Source: Auanema rhodensis
Taxonomy: Eukaryota > Animalia > Nematoda
NCBI GenBank assembly: GCA_964057225.1
Contig: OZ059895.1
Span: 16,430,001 to 16,494,000 of the forward strand
Length of the DNA stretch: 64,000 nucleotides
Reading direction: 5' to 3'
This document shows positions 41,096 through 53,964 of the stretch, piece by piece (within the stretch, counting starts at the first letter, position 1; each line of letters starts with the position of its first letter). Below the pieces are notes generated by a model. The model had not been told where the DNA came from. It saw nothing but the letters and a program-made list of their open reading frames with translations, and did not search any database. Both the position numbers and the translations under genes were made by a program.

Positions 41096-43072
41096 TTTTC
41101 TTTCTTTCTTTCTCTCTCCCTCTCTTCTTCTCCATCTTTCTTTCTTTCTCTCTTTACCGTTTGACGTATCTACCTGTTTTGTAAATTATTGACAGTTGTA
41201 CAACCACAGCAATTGGGTTACCATGCAAGTCAGGTAGCTAGCTCGGCCTCTTCTTCTCCCTTCTCTCATACTCTCTGCAATTCTCATAGTATGTCGCCTA
41301 TCTCTCATCGACTACCAACATCACAGCCGCCAGTACACGCCGACTTGTTACCGTAATCCTCGCTCGTCGTCGCTGGCATCAATAACTTATCTGTCAAACA
41401 CACTTTTGCCATTTTTTTCATTTCTCATTCATTCTACTGCTTTGTATTGAAATAATTGTGGTAAACAGACTGATAAATACGATTTTGGATGTTGTGAATG
41501 AGCTGCAACGGCACAAAATAAGAATTTTTGGATTCAAAATGAGCTTTCAAGCCAAATACTTGGGGAACAAAACTTTTTTTTCTCTCTTGTTGTCATAGCG
41601 GTGTCGACGATGAGCTTAATGTGAAAGAAGCATGAAAGAAGTAAATTGAAATACCGAAGATTGCCATAAAGATGAAGTTAGTAAGCATTGAATATGATGC
41701 ATCTAACTGAATATTCTTTTGTATAAAATGAATTTGAAGATTTTTGCGAATAAAATACGAACGAAGAACTCATTCTCAATGAGTTTGTCATAGAATATGA
41801 GAGTATTTTACTTGTGTGACGACAAATAGGAAGCATATCGGATGATTTGAAATATTATTTCATTCAACTTTGATTCCCAAGACTTTGTCTCTCATGAATG
41901 AAATAGTTGGAGAAGATGGTATTGAACTCTTGCAGTGCCGATGAGAAAGCAGAGTCAGATGTCTGTGTTCATGTCTGTGCAATGTTAAAGACTTTGACGA
42001 TTAAGTGGAGAAAGTATTGCCATTCATGGGCTGTGACTCTTCATTGTTATTGCTCTGCTGGAAAGTAGTTGGAAAGCTCAAATCTATTCTCTGCTTTTTC
42101 AAACTCTCTATCTATCTCTTTCTCTCTCTCTCGGTTCTTTCTTCTTGCTAATTCTTCTTTTTCGTCTTCTTTTTCATTTTGCTCTACAAGCTTTCTGCTC
42201 TCAGCTCACTCCTTTTATGATCTTGCAATTCTGTTTGATTTTTCTGGTAAACGAGACCATCAGCATACAAAGAATATGAGGACAACGACGAAAAAGAAGG
42301 AATAGAAAGAAAACGAAGAAGAAGAAGAGGGCAAAGTGGTCATGGGAAAACGCCAGATATGGCATTTGAAGTATATTGTGTACACGGCCTGTGAGAAGAA
42401 TGAGAAAGTAAGAATGGCTTGACATTGACAATGACTTTGAAAAGTCAGGAGGATGTACGGCTAAGAGATATTTGTCTCAAATCTCATGCAAACAACACAG
42501 TTCTAATGTATTGTGAGTACTTTAAGCTGATCGATTGATGAGAAGTCATGTTGTCTGTCAGTAACTCTTCCGTTCTCATCTGACCCTCCTGTTGATCTCA
42601 ACTAGTCATGTTTGACATGAAGCTTAGATATGATATGAAGTCAAATTTGATTGAGTATGGCGATATGGTGATGTTTTCAGTTGATGAAGGCTTGAAGACA
42701 TGAGAGGGACGAGCCTTCTCTTTGAAAAAAAAGTAAAAAAGGAGATGAAGATTATGAACATATAAGGTTATTATATAATATGAAAAAGGAAAATGATGAT
42801 GATGATGATGATGGGAGAACAGACGGAATTAGATGACCTATGTAAGAGTTATTAACAGACTTTTCTGGAAATGAGGAATATGGAGATGACGTTTAATCGA
42901 CTGTCTAGCCAGAAAATTAGGAAACAAGCAGCACAGAAGGTAATGATGAGCAATGTAATTATGAAGTGTTGTTTATCTTCATTTTTGACTTTAAAATATT
43001 AATTACATCTGTTTAATTATCTGTAACTATTAGATATTTGAATTATTCATTAAAACGACTCCAATATATGTA

Positions 43073-43113
<41 letters not shown>

Positions 43114-44650
43114 TATACTATATTAGATATATTTAAAGAATAATTCTATGATATAACATGGATATTAAAGAGAATTTGGAGAATCAGATAGATTGCAGAT
43201 CTGATGACCAGATAAATAGGAAGTATGTTGGGAAATAATAAGAAAGAAGGGAAAAGCTTTGTCCATGCTATTCATCCTTTATCGAATAGGATACAGTCAG
43301 ATGTGATGCTACTTACCAGCAGCTTGTGGTGATTTCTGATGCCAAACAGTTCATCTTCATGTCTTTTTTTTTTGGTGAAGCTTCTTCATATTCAAGCTGA
43401 ATAGGCAAAAGAGCAGGCAGCAACAGCAAAAGATCATGGTCATCATAATGGTTGTATGTATTGTGATAATTGCATTCACATGCTTAAACAAATGCATACA
43501 TATTAATCGGGAAGCTGCGGACGAGCATGATCGCTCATCTGAAGCATACCAAAGGATATGCTGTAGCTTAGATGACTGCTAGCCTGATACATCGTAATGA
43601 GATGTGATGCCGGAAATTGAAAGGATGGTGTAGTTTTGAGGTTGAGATGAGCGTATGATGTCGTATGTGTCGACAGGCGGTTGATGATCGACTTGACACT
43701 ACGAAATGAGAGATCTATTCCCTGGAGGTATGAGAAGGTTATTAGTATTGCTCATATGAAGCTTCTAAGATCATACATATCCAGGGACATCATCATAGAT
43801 GCGTTATAGCAAAGATTACAAGATATGATTGGTTTGAGGTCTTGTTGGCTTGTTGCATGTGGTAAGAGATGGCAACGAAAATCTTGAAAATAAGGGAAAT
43901 GCTGGCAATAATGATTAGTCAATGCTATATGATATAGTAAAATATTAATATTACATTAATATGTAGAATCGATAGAGAAACTGGATCATAGATGTGGATA
44001 GAAAAGAGATTTTCACAGTTCAATACACTATTCCCATCCTCATTTGGCGCCCAGGTTACAGCTAATGCTATCTGACACTTCAAGCCAGAGCCGGTTCGAT
44101 GTGTGACGACGTTGACCAACAACGACGACGACGTCGACATCTATGATGACGACGTCAATGAGAATAACGTCGTTGTCTTTTACATTTACACCTTCACAAC
44201 AAGACTTCAGCATGTATTGACAATATCATGTCAGACAGCCTGCTGAGCAAATCTATATGAAAAGAAGTTTAATTGTAGTTTCTGTCTCTTTGGACTATTC
44301 TCTCTCTCTCGTCGCTCTCTCTGATCTCGTGTATCGTTCTATTCCAATTTTCTTTGCGATAAGGTTATTACGGTATAACTAGAGAGAAAAGTTGTAATTA
44401 ATCTGTCATCGAGATGAGGAACACATACGATGAAGTGAGGGACTGACGAAACGAGCACAATGATGAAGAATTGAATGCATTATTATGGTTTTTAAATGAA
44501 ATAATATGCTCCAAACTCAAAACACATCTGTTTGAATAATGAAGAAAGTTTTTTCGATGGCAAAATAGGTTTTAGATGATAGTTTCCGCATAATTTGATC
44601 TGGGTTTCATCACGTATCTGCTGTGATGTACTCTGTACTACCTCGTTTAG

Positions 44651-44694
<44 letters not shown>

Positions 44695-45332
44695 AAAGTT
44701 TTTTTAGATGAGAATGATGAGGATGATGATGATGACACCTAATGGATAATCATTTATTCTAAATGATCCATGTGTTCGATATACTAAAGTTCAACACGTT
44801 CTTCTAAGTTAGAATGAAATAGTGCTGAGGTTGATGAGTTCGAAATGAGCTTTGCTATTGGATCTGTCGATGTATCTATGTGGCTGTGTGTCATCTGGCT
44901 CATCTCAATGAATTATGAAAACATTAAGAATCATTTCAATGATCATTAAAGATATTTATATTCCAATTGCAATTTATGTGTGAGGTTGTTCTATGAAATG
45001 AAAACTGGGAAGAGTTAATGGCACAGAAGTTCCAGACTTGTCTTGAATTGCTGACGAAGAAGTGATGATCTTCCTTCTTTTTCATCAGAACCATTTCTCA
45101 AGCTCATCACCTTGTATGAAAATGAAGAAAACTCATTTTGACTGACTGTTGAAGTGAACAGGATTAGTGATTCCGAAACAATGCGATTGGATTACTTGTT
45201 CTTCCGAATATCATTGTTTTCTCTTTTATTCTAGTTCATACCGTACTCTCAATAGAATTGAGTAGGAAAATCAGATTAGAAGATGAACAAGACGACGACG
45301 AGTGTTGAAGATGACGCCGTTGCCGTCATCAT

Positions 45333-45373
<41 letters not shown>

Positions 45374-48300
45374 AATGAATGTTTGTTTTTCACGTCGTTG
45401 AGCTGGTTGGTTAACGGTGACGACATGAGGAACATCTGACCAAAGCTTCTCATTTTCCTCTCTCTTCCTCTCTCTCTATCTTTCTCTTTCAGTCTGACAG
45501 TCTCTTCAGCTCTCTAGATGTTCTATTACTTTCTTTTCCTCTCTTTATGTCATATCAATGTCTCTTATTCTCTATCTTCTCTCAATTTCATGCAATACCT
45601 CTATCTCGCAGCATTGGGTTCTACTTCTAACACGGATTTCGAGGGGTGTGAGAGAGAAATATGATGTCTCAGCTGATGCATTTTCGATAAAGTACAAAAT
45701 CTGAACATGAGGGACTATCATATTTAATATATTTTGCATATAATAACCATTTAACTATATTACCGTACTCTATTCTCTCATGTTGAATTGGATACAACTA
45801 ACATCTCGACGAAGTAATAGCAATGAGGTCATTTACTCAGTTTTTCATACATTTTCAATGAAATTACTTTGATTTTTTGAGAATATTATATGAAGGGTGG
45901 TCTTGCCTTTTTCTCTCATCCGTGTACCTACCCCTCTCTCTCTCTCTCTCTGTAACCCTAAATTATAGAAAAAAGTTGGGTTGTTTTGAATAATCGAGAA
46001 GTAGATTGGTCAATAAAGGTATTGTCCTTTTCCAATTTTTAAATGTTCATACTAACTACATTGACAGTAGTGTTACTGCTACTACTATGATGTTATTGTT
46101 TCTGATGGCCGACCTCCATGATTTCCAGACGATGTCATTGTTTTTTTTCTCTTTTCATCTTATTTTTCTTCTGTCGGATCAGAAAAAAAAGGGAAGTAGA
46201 AAGGCTTGAACTTGAAAAATCGTCATGATGCAATGAATTTTAATAATAATTATCTTCTTTCTTGTATAATTTAGAAATTAAATTATTCAATTATATAAGG
46301 TCGCGTCGTATGTCTACGACATCACACCACACAGCAGAGGCTACAGACAATCAGAACATAGATGGCTTTTGAAATTTTCTGCCGTCTTGTCAGAAAAAAA
46401 AAGCCGTAAAAAGAACAGATTTTTTTATGATTCGTCGGCATATCGAACATTGAATATATTCTGAAAGACGATTACCATATAAGTCAATTACCGTAATCCG
46501 GTTTGTATTTAGTAGATTTTGGTGTCGGACAAGATGAAGAAGAAGAAGAGGGGAAGGTTGTAGATAGGTAACGGTGGGGCCAATGAACTAAACGTATACA
46601 ACATTTCGTCTTCAATGTGTTTCGTTGGCGAGACGGCAGTTAATGAAGAAAAGAATGGAAATGTTGGTCAAAAATGGACTTTTTTTTCGAAATTGAATGA
46701 CGATCGAAGACGATTTTCCGCATTAAAAGAGACAAAGTAAACGGATGACAGCATTTGAACGGCTAAAAAACGACTGACCGTTACCTGACTGGCTCTAAAT
46801 ATCTAAAAGACTACACGGCTTTGTCGGTTTTTTTTCTTTTCATGCTTTTAGCGATGAAAATATGTTGGAAATGAGATTTGAATTATTGAATATCCAGATA
46901 GAGTAACAGAAAATAAATCGTAAAATCTGTATAGAAAATGAAAAAGAGAAGCTGGTTAACCGACAAGGTGTGTGAAATGGTGTAAATGTGTTAGCCAGGA
47001 CAGGGACATGCAACATGATTGTTTGGGAATTGTTGTCTTAATAAGAAATATTGTGTTGAAATCCTTTTACCTTTACTATAATATTTCTAATATATACTAT
47101 ATATACAGAGTAATATGAATATAGTATAGAAAATGCATATAAAAGGATCAAAACGATCCTAATACGGCTAATTATACCTCATCATCATCATCATCATTCT
47201 ATGTGTCGTCTTCAATATCTTTACTCTCCGTTCTGGTTCACACATTAACTGAGTGACTGAGTGACCGACAGAAAAACAGAAAAACAGCCACCGGGTGAGC
47301 GATTGACCATTTTCAAACTCATAAGGTGGTCTTCAACCGAATAATTAGCACGGAAAGGGTAAAAGAATGTCATGCGGTGACTGTATTATATATATATATA
47401 TACATAGTTTATATGTATAGATTTATATAAATACGATAGATTTTCACTAAACTGAGGGACTGACAGAAGTGACACACCGTGCATATTTAGAAAATTACTA
47501 CGTTTAAACTTAAACTTTAGCATAACAGCATTTTACTATTATCGTCTGTCTTTATCGTCGTAGTACTGCTCGCTGTCACTAACTCGACTATACTACTTAA
47601 CAACAACCGCTCAGCATATCTGCTCAAATGAAAATAAGTTAAGAATAATGCGTTTGTGTGCCACGTGGAGCTCACGTTACTCTCCACGTGTTCAGATTCT
47701 AATGCAAGTTTTTTTTCTTTGTTACGTATGAATATTGTATTATTCTATCGTTACTATTTTGAAATGTGAAGTCGTGAAATAGTCTGAAGATGATGATGGA
47801 CCATCTGGATCTGAGATTGAGCAAATGAAATCTGATTGCCGACAATGGATAAGCTTGAGTATGATGTCTGATTTTCATAATCAGGTCGGCATACTCATTT
47901 CACATCATGCACATCGCTGGCTATGGCTGAGAGATTGCGATAACCTAAGAGAATGAGGAAAGAAACGAAAACGAATTTCATATGAAATTCTGTAGACAAA
48001 CAGATGGACATATTGGCATGACATATCTGGATTACGGTACTATCTGTTGTTGAACATGTCAGTTGAAATGTAATGTTTAGACTTATATCTCGCAGTATGT
48101 TGAAATATATACACACAGAGAGAAAAAGAGGGAAAAATCTCTCGTAGTGTGTGTAAGTTCGTTTGTCAGGTATGTATACACGTATGTGAGTGTGTGACTG
48201 ACTGACTGTCCTGTCGTCGACGACGTTTATCGGTTGTGTCTGATGACTGTTGTCAGAGTCAAACTGGCAGAATGAATTCTGTACTACGGTTAATCGAAGC

Positions 48301-50626
48301 ATACAGCACACATACAGTTCTTTCCTGTCTGTCTGAGGTCCTGTCTATCTGTTTGTCAGAATTCGTGTTGACATTACGCTATGGGTGTCGGAATGTCAAG
48401 CAAGGCAGTTTCAATGGACAAGTTCATCATCGTCGTTCTCATTGGTAGTTGTGATATGTTGGCTGGTTGATGGCCAACTGAATCATAATACCACATGTTT
48501 ATAGAAAATGAAACGAATAGTGATAAGGAGGGATTATATGAACTAGGAAATGCTCGTCAAAGTTGCTTCAACTTGTTTTAAAATGGTATAGTTGAAGCTT
48601 AAGCTACAACATCTAGTGATGTTTATTGGTTGTTTTTGATATCTCCTATAAAGTTTTTTCTCATCTTCTTTGCTCTAGATTCATGTGTTTCTCACGTTCG
48701 TCAGAGTTACACCCCATCTGACATCTGCATTTATCTTGACGTGCTAAACTTGTTCACATATGAATGAAGATGAGGAATACACGCTTAGCTTAAGTTCGAT
48801 TAGAACTTCTGTGAGATTATTCGTTACCGTCGTCGACGATGTCGTGTCATTTGATGGATGTAGTGTGAAATCAGGCACCACATACACTACCGTCACAGCA
48901 GGTAGAATCCCGCTGTGAGGACGTCAACTGATCCATCTTCTTTGGCTAACCGGGCGCCCGCATATGTATTTCCATGAAGTTCTGCCTAATTCGTTTAGTT
49001 GTCTCTAGATAGGTGTGAATAGTTCCGAAACACTATAGTTACGTGATGTATGTGACCGATGTGCTGTGGAATATCTTGGGAATGTATATCGTCAACGCAA
49101 AGCTGCTACTAAGACGCTGACGAGGAAGGCTGTGAAAGGAAGAAAACTTTTTGGAGAAATGATGAATTAACTGTGAAGATTAGCCTCCAACATGCCGACC
49201 TCTAGCTATCGTCGTCATCACATCTGTTGTGCGCAATGTTCTTGACAGATAAATAACCAGAAAAAAGACGTTTGTGACGAAAATCGAGGGACCAACATTT
49301 TGTATTTTGGACTATATTTCATGTTATCTACACTGAAGCTACTTACAAATAAGCTTGTACAAAACCTTTTTTTCAGCTAAAATTATCTAGAACACCGCGA
49401 GACGCATCTGATACGAAGGCTGGTAATCAGGGTCTTCCACCATCCGCCAGAAGCACAACATCTACTACAAGTACATCATCATCAGCATCAGCATCTACAC
49501 CATCGTCCACGACTTTAACAGTTGCTGATCGAGAAATTGCTAGAAAATGGCTATCAGCATGTCGACGTGGAAACTTGAATACATGTATCGAGCTGTGGAG
49601 CAAGAACGTAAATCTCAAGCTGATGCGATTACCTTTAATGGCCTTAACTCATATTACAGAAACATTTACTCAGCTATGTGTCACCGTTCTACTATAACTA
49701 TGCTCCCATTCATGTTGCTACGAAAGCTCGTCAACATAATATAATTCAGTTTTTGGCGGAAAATGATGCTGATCTTAATGCTCAAACATTGGTAAGTACA
49801 TGAAGCATATTCATTTGTGGCAGCTGATTTGAAATTCAAATTTGCAGTCAGGCTATACAGCTTTACATCTGGCTGCTCAATCAAATGACAAAGAAACTAT
49901 AAACATTCTGCGTGCTTTAGGTGAGTCATTCTGAATCCGATTATAGAGTTGTAACCTCAAAATGCTTGTATTAGGGGTAAAGTTTTAGATGAGGGTGCCA
50001 GATTTAAGAACAAGGCTAGTAAACGATTGTTGATCTCTGGGAGAGTAAGCATCATGATATTGACTGAAGCAAGTGTTCTATGGCCGTATTGAAATGACTG
50101 CTTAAAAAAAAGTTTCAGTAGAAAAAAATCATTTTTTTTCGTTTTTAACGTGTGATAGTAGTTGACATATCGACGACGTTGACGCCTACGACGACGAGTG
50201 AAGTTCTGAAGTCTTTATTGGCATTGTCAAATTGGTCATCTGATGCCAATATTTGTATTGAAACTTGGCTAAATGCTCGGTGTACTGATTGGGATAGTGA
50301 AAGCATTCAGATATGAGTTGCTGTCAAAACATTTCTGAAGAGATTGTGATGCGAAGTACGGATGAATGTTAGAAACATCAAAGAAAGGTAAGATTGATAG
50401 ATCCTGTCCCTGTACTGCACCTATGTTTGAGAACAAGTATGAAGTCCTCTATCTGTCTCTCTCTTTTCACTCCGCTTTGTGATGACTTAAGCAGAGAACA
50501 GAGAGAAAGAGAGAAAATAGTGTTTCTAATAGGTGTATGATATTGGTGTCAAATCAAATCTATGCTTAGCACTTGAGCAATGAGAGATTGGTTGAGTTTG
50601 ATTAGAAGAAGAGAAACTGAAGTCGA

Positions 50627-50674
<48 letters not shown>

Positions 50675-51872
50675 AGGAGAGAGAGAGATGGAAAAGCTAT
50701 AATCGAGAATGATGTTGACAGTAGCCATCAGTTAATCTTTTTCTTCTTCTCTTTCATCTCTTTAATATGTTCTTACAGTCTGTTTTATCAAAAACTTTGA
50801 GAAAATTGCAATCTGAGGGTCTGGCAAAAAAGTTTTTTTGGGAAAAAAAATTTTTTTTTTCATTTTTGGAAGCTGAAAATACCATTACTTTCAGGGGCTG
50901 ATCGGAATATGTTGGATTTCTTTGGTCAACCATATACCAGTTACATCAATTCGCGTGAAAATGAAATAATTTCTCCACAGTACAACAGCTCATCAACAGG
51001 AATACGTTCAGGTATATGAGTTTCAACTTCAGATTCCAAATACTGAGAATCTTCATTGAACTCTAATCTACTACAGTACTTCTTTTTCTTCTTCTTCTTC
51101 TTCTTCTTCTTTTTCATCCTTCATTACAATCTATCTACTTGTTATTTGCTTGAAAACTATTTCGGATTTGAGTTGTGTCGATCATACGGTAGAACAGGAC
51201 ATGAATTGATCATTCTCATCAGTTTGTATCGTACTGTCGTTAAGCACGAGTCATTGACGATCAACAGACTTGTCGTCGTCGTTGCTGAAGGAGAGAACGA
51301 ACGAAGCAGCTTCCATCATCATCACATTCGTTTCCTCGTATCTCTTTTCCTTCATCATCATCTTACGATCATTCAATTTCTTGTCAATATCGTATAAGCT
51401 TTTTGAATTGGTCTTGGTACTCTCTTTCACTCATATTCTCTAGTTCTGTCCTTTTCTTTGATTTTCGATAATCAAAGTCATCTAGTATGTCGGCAAATGA
51501 GAAGTTGATGATGATGATGAAACGAGAAAAGCGACGAAGGAATAGGTGTGTGTAGACGAGATTACGATAGTGTGAAGCCACCGTTGATATGTGTGTCTGT
51601 GTGTATATATGTCTGTGTTTGTGTTTGTTGAGAAGCAAGATCTGTTTCGATGTGCTTAAATCCATCGAAAACCTATTTTGAAGTGAAGTTGTTTGTAGGA
51701 AAATACAAAGAGATCATAGAGATACTGATGCTAATCTGTGACAATGATATTTTCGCTCATCCTCTGATAATGATGAGTGGCTTGAGTTCAATTTTAGTAC
51801 TCAAATCGGATTACTATCAGTTGATATGAACCAGACAAATTGAAGAGAATAGCTCTTATTTCTTGCTTTTGT

Positions 51873-51919
<47 letters not shown>

Positions 51920-53135
51920 GAAGACGTTGATGATAGCAGACAAGGATGCTTCATCGGTGTTAGGTGCGATGAGATAATGATACTCGAAAAGAGTTTGTGA
52001 TCATTCTGACACACAAACTGTTGTTCATCGGAATTTTTTTTTGATTCCCAAAATCAAAGAAGCTTACGATTGCTGTGACGATGATAAGTTCACTTAACTT
52101 AGCTTGTTTGTATGAAAAACAGAATTTTTTTCTCAAATATTTCGAAGAGGGACGTTCCTTCCAACTAAACTGAGAAGAAAAATGGTTTACAAAGTATTTA
52201 ATAAGATTTATATGATATTATTCATCGGATATATAATTTTGAATGTGATAATATTGAACACAAATGACAAATGAGGCTGTAAATCAGTCGATTGACAGTT
52301 ACATCTGCTGTTATTACAGAGAGTTTTTCTAGAAAGAGAGAGAGAGACTTTCAAGATTTGATTAAGTGTTGCAGCTTAATGAACTTGTTTTGAACTTAAA
52401 ACTTAGTCAATATGTACATATATGAATATTGCAGAAATAAGAAATCATTTGAAAATAGACAAAAAAAAGTTTTTTAAGTGAAAAAAAAAAGAAAAAAATC
52501 TATATTTGGGGATTATATTGGGCTAATTTCTATTTGATTCGTCTTCTGTCAGTAGAGTTGCTTGTCTGCTCATGTTTTACGATTTGCACATTTGGTTCTG
52601 TAGATTCAGCTGTTAGAATTGGCGGATGAAAAAAACGATCCAGTTTTGGCTTGAAGCACAGCAGCAACAGCCAACCAACAAGGAGCCTAACCTCTCTGAT
52701 TGGTGGTGTCAAGTCTCTCTCTCAGTTCTATTTTTGCTTTTTATCTTTCAGTAAATACATTTCCACAAAAAAATAAAAGGAAATGGCATAAACAACTAAT
52801 TGTGCTGAAATGAAATGTGATGAACAGGAATACGATACGATAGTTTGATCAGTACATGCTTGTTCATCTTTTTTTTTCATTTTTTTTGGAAAACAAGGAT
52901 GAAGGGAGAGGGGGAGAGGGGTTGAAGATTTTGATAAACATGAATGGAATGATAGTTTGCATGTGTGATGAGTACATTCGTAACAATATGATGAATGTTC
53001 CATCGTAACTCTGGAGATCTGACTTTAAGATCAAAATTTGGCTTTTTGTCAACGAATGATGTAATGTGTTTATGAATTTGATGTGATGAATATGCTTTTC
53101 CTTCGTGTCATCTGATAGTGATATGCCATCTGAAT

Positions 53136-53193
<58 letters not shown>

Positions 53194-53964
53194 ATGTACA
53201 TGTAAGCATACATGTACATATCAATCCTGTATACACATAATACACATACTATATGCATACTCATGTCATCTCTGATCATCGTCGTTGTCGTTGTTCTCGC
53301 CGTCATCGTTGTTGCTGAGCAGTCTGACGACTATCGAAGCAAATTTGGCTATGTGCTCATGTACTTCATGTTGTTAAGCATTCAGATTATCATGATCATC
53401 ATTCACGTCAACATGCCTCGTTTAATGTTTGTCCGGAAATTATGAATCATGTAAATCAGATTGTAGATGAAGTAAAGTTTGTTGTAGCTGTGAGAAAAGG
53501 AGAACAACTGTGGAGATTAGAAGTGAAATATGGCTGATTCATGTATGTGTTAAGCATACACACACACACATACATACAGATTGACATACATATGTACAGA
53601 CCGTTAACAAGTCATAAAGCTAAAGCTGTTTTTCCTCTCTTTCTCTCTTTCATTCTGTATTTCTTTGATTTTCTGATTATATACTTCATGCTTGTTAACT
53701 TGTTGCTTACATTCAGATACACGTGGATCACGTCCTCCATCGATTCATGAAATCAGCTCAACGAGAGGCAGTGGCATGGATAGCTATCAGCCAGTCTCAA
53801 TCATAACATCATCGGTTTCGGCATCGGCCATTCCATCAGTATCTTCATCATCAGCCGCATCAACAGTACACGCATCTTCGTCTTCAACATCCATGTCATC
53901 TATCGGACGTACACGTGAAGTGATTCGTGATCTGCTGAAGATTAACTCGGATTCCAGATTCTGA
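33050..53964 (+). CDS. swah-1: Ankyrin-repeat protein, Sosondowah family, ~333 aa; join(33050..33118,33169..33234,33287..33352,49377..49607,49660..49791,49848..49920,50895..51011,53717..53964)
   Basis: Spliced product contains REIARKWLSACRRGNLNTCIELW...NYAPIHVATKARQHNIIQFLAENDADLNAQTLSGYTALHLAAQSNDKETINILRALGADRNMLDFFGQPYTSYI, i.e. ankyrin repeats in the Sowah layout (W-containing helix, two TxLH-type repeats, D-x-x-G-x-x-x-x-x-Y tail). It lies next to an Irx gene, the known Sowah position. The join of the first three exons is inferred from phase only. Confidence 0.72.
43075..43110. repeat. (TC)18 microsatellite
   Basis: Read directly. Confidence 0.95.
44655..44690. repeat. (TC)18 microsatellite
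   Basis: Read directly. Confidence 0.95.
49377..49607 (+). CDS. swah-1: Sowah exon: Ser/Thr-rich linker and start of ankyrin region
   Basis: TTTTTTTCAG acceptor, 77 open codons, donor AAC|GTAAAT. Confidence 0.85.
49660..49791 (+). CDS. swah-1: Sowah exon: ankyrin repeat (APIHVATKARQHNIIQFLAENDADLNAQT)
   Basis: 52-nt intron ending ATTACAG, donor TTG|GTAAGT, ankyrin consensus. Confidence 0.92.
49848..49920 (+). CDS. swah-1: Sowah exon: ankyrin repeat (SGYTALHLAAQSNDKETINILRAL)
   Basis: 56-nt intron ending TTTGCAG, donor G|GTGAGT, classic GxTALHLAA motif. Confidence 0.93.
50631..50670. repeat. (GA)20 microsatellite
   Basis: Read directly. Confidence 0.95.
50895..51011 (+). CDS. swah-1: Sowah exon: end of ankyrin region (GADRNMLDFFGQPYTSYI...)
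   Basis: TTTCAG acceptor, phase 1 matches the previous exon, GADxNxxD ankyrin tail, donor G|GTATAT. Confidence 0.9.
51876..51916. repeat. (GA)20 microsatellite
   Basis: Read directly. Confidence 0.95.
53137..53193. repeat. Interrupted (AG)n microsatellite
   Basis: Two (AG)n runs separated by one interruption. Confidence 0.9.
53717..53964 (+). CDS. swah-1: Sowah last exon, Ser-rich tail (DTRGSRPPS...NSDSRF*)
   Basis: ATTCAG acceptor, phase 1 fits, frame of ORF 53692..53964, TGA stop. Confidence 0.78.

Noticed and set aside
44045-44100. TGGCGCCCA ... GGTTCGA (tRNA A/B box or LTR primer-binding-site-like)
   Set aside because: No cloverleaf, the B box lacks the closing CC, and there is no LTR or pol sequence.
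49427-49884. ORF-track entries 49427..49618(-), 49547..49744(+) and 49681..49884(-)
   Set aside because: Wrong-frame or antisense overlaps of the true Sowah ankyrin exons.
50826-50870. A/T-run clusters (PATC-like), also near 50103 and 52461
   Set aside because: Each is under ~50 bp, too short to show 10-bp periodicity.
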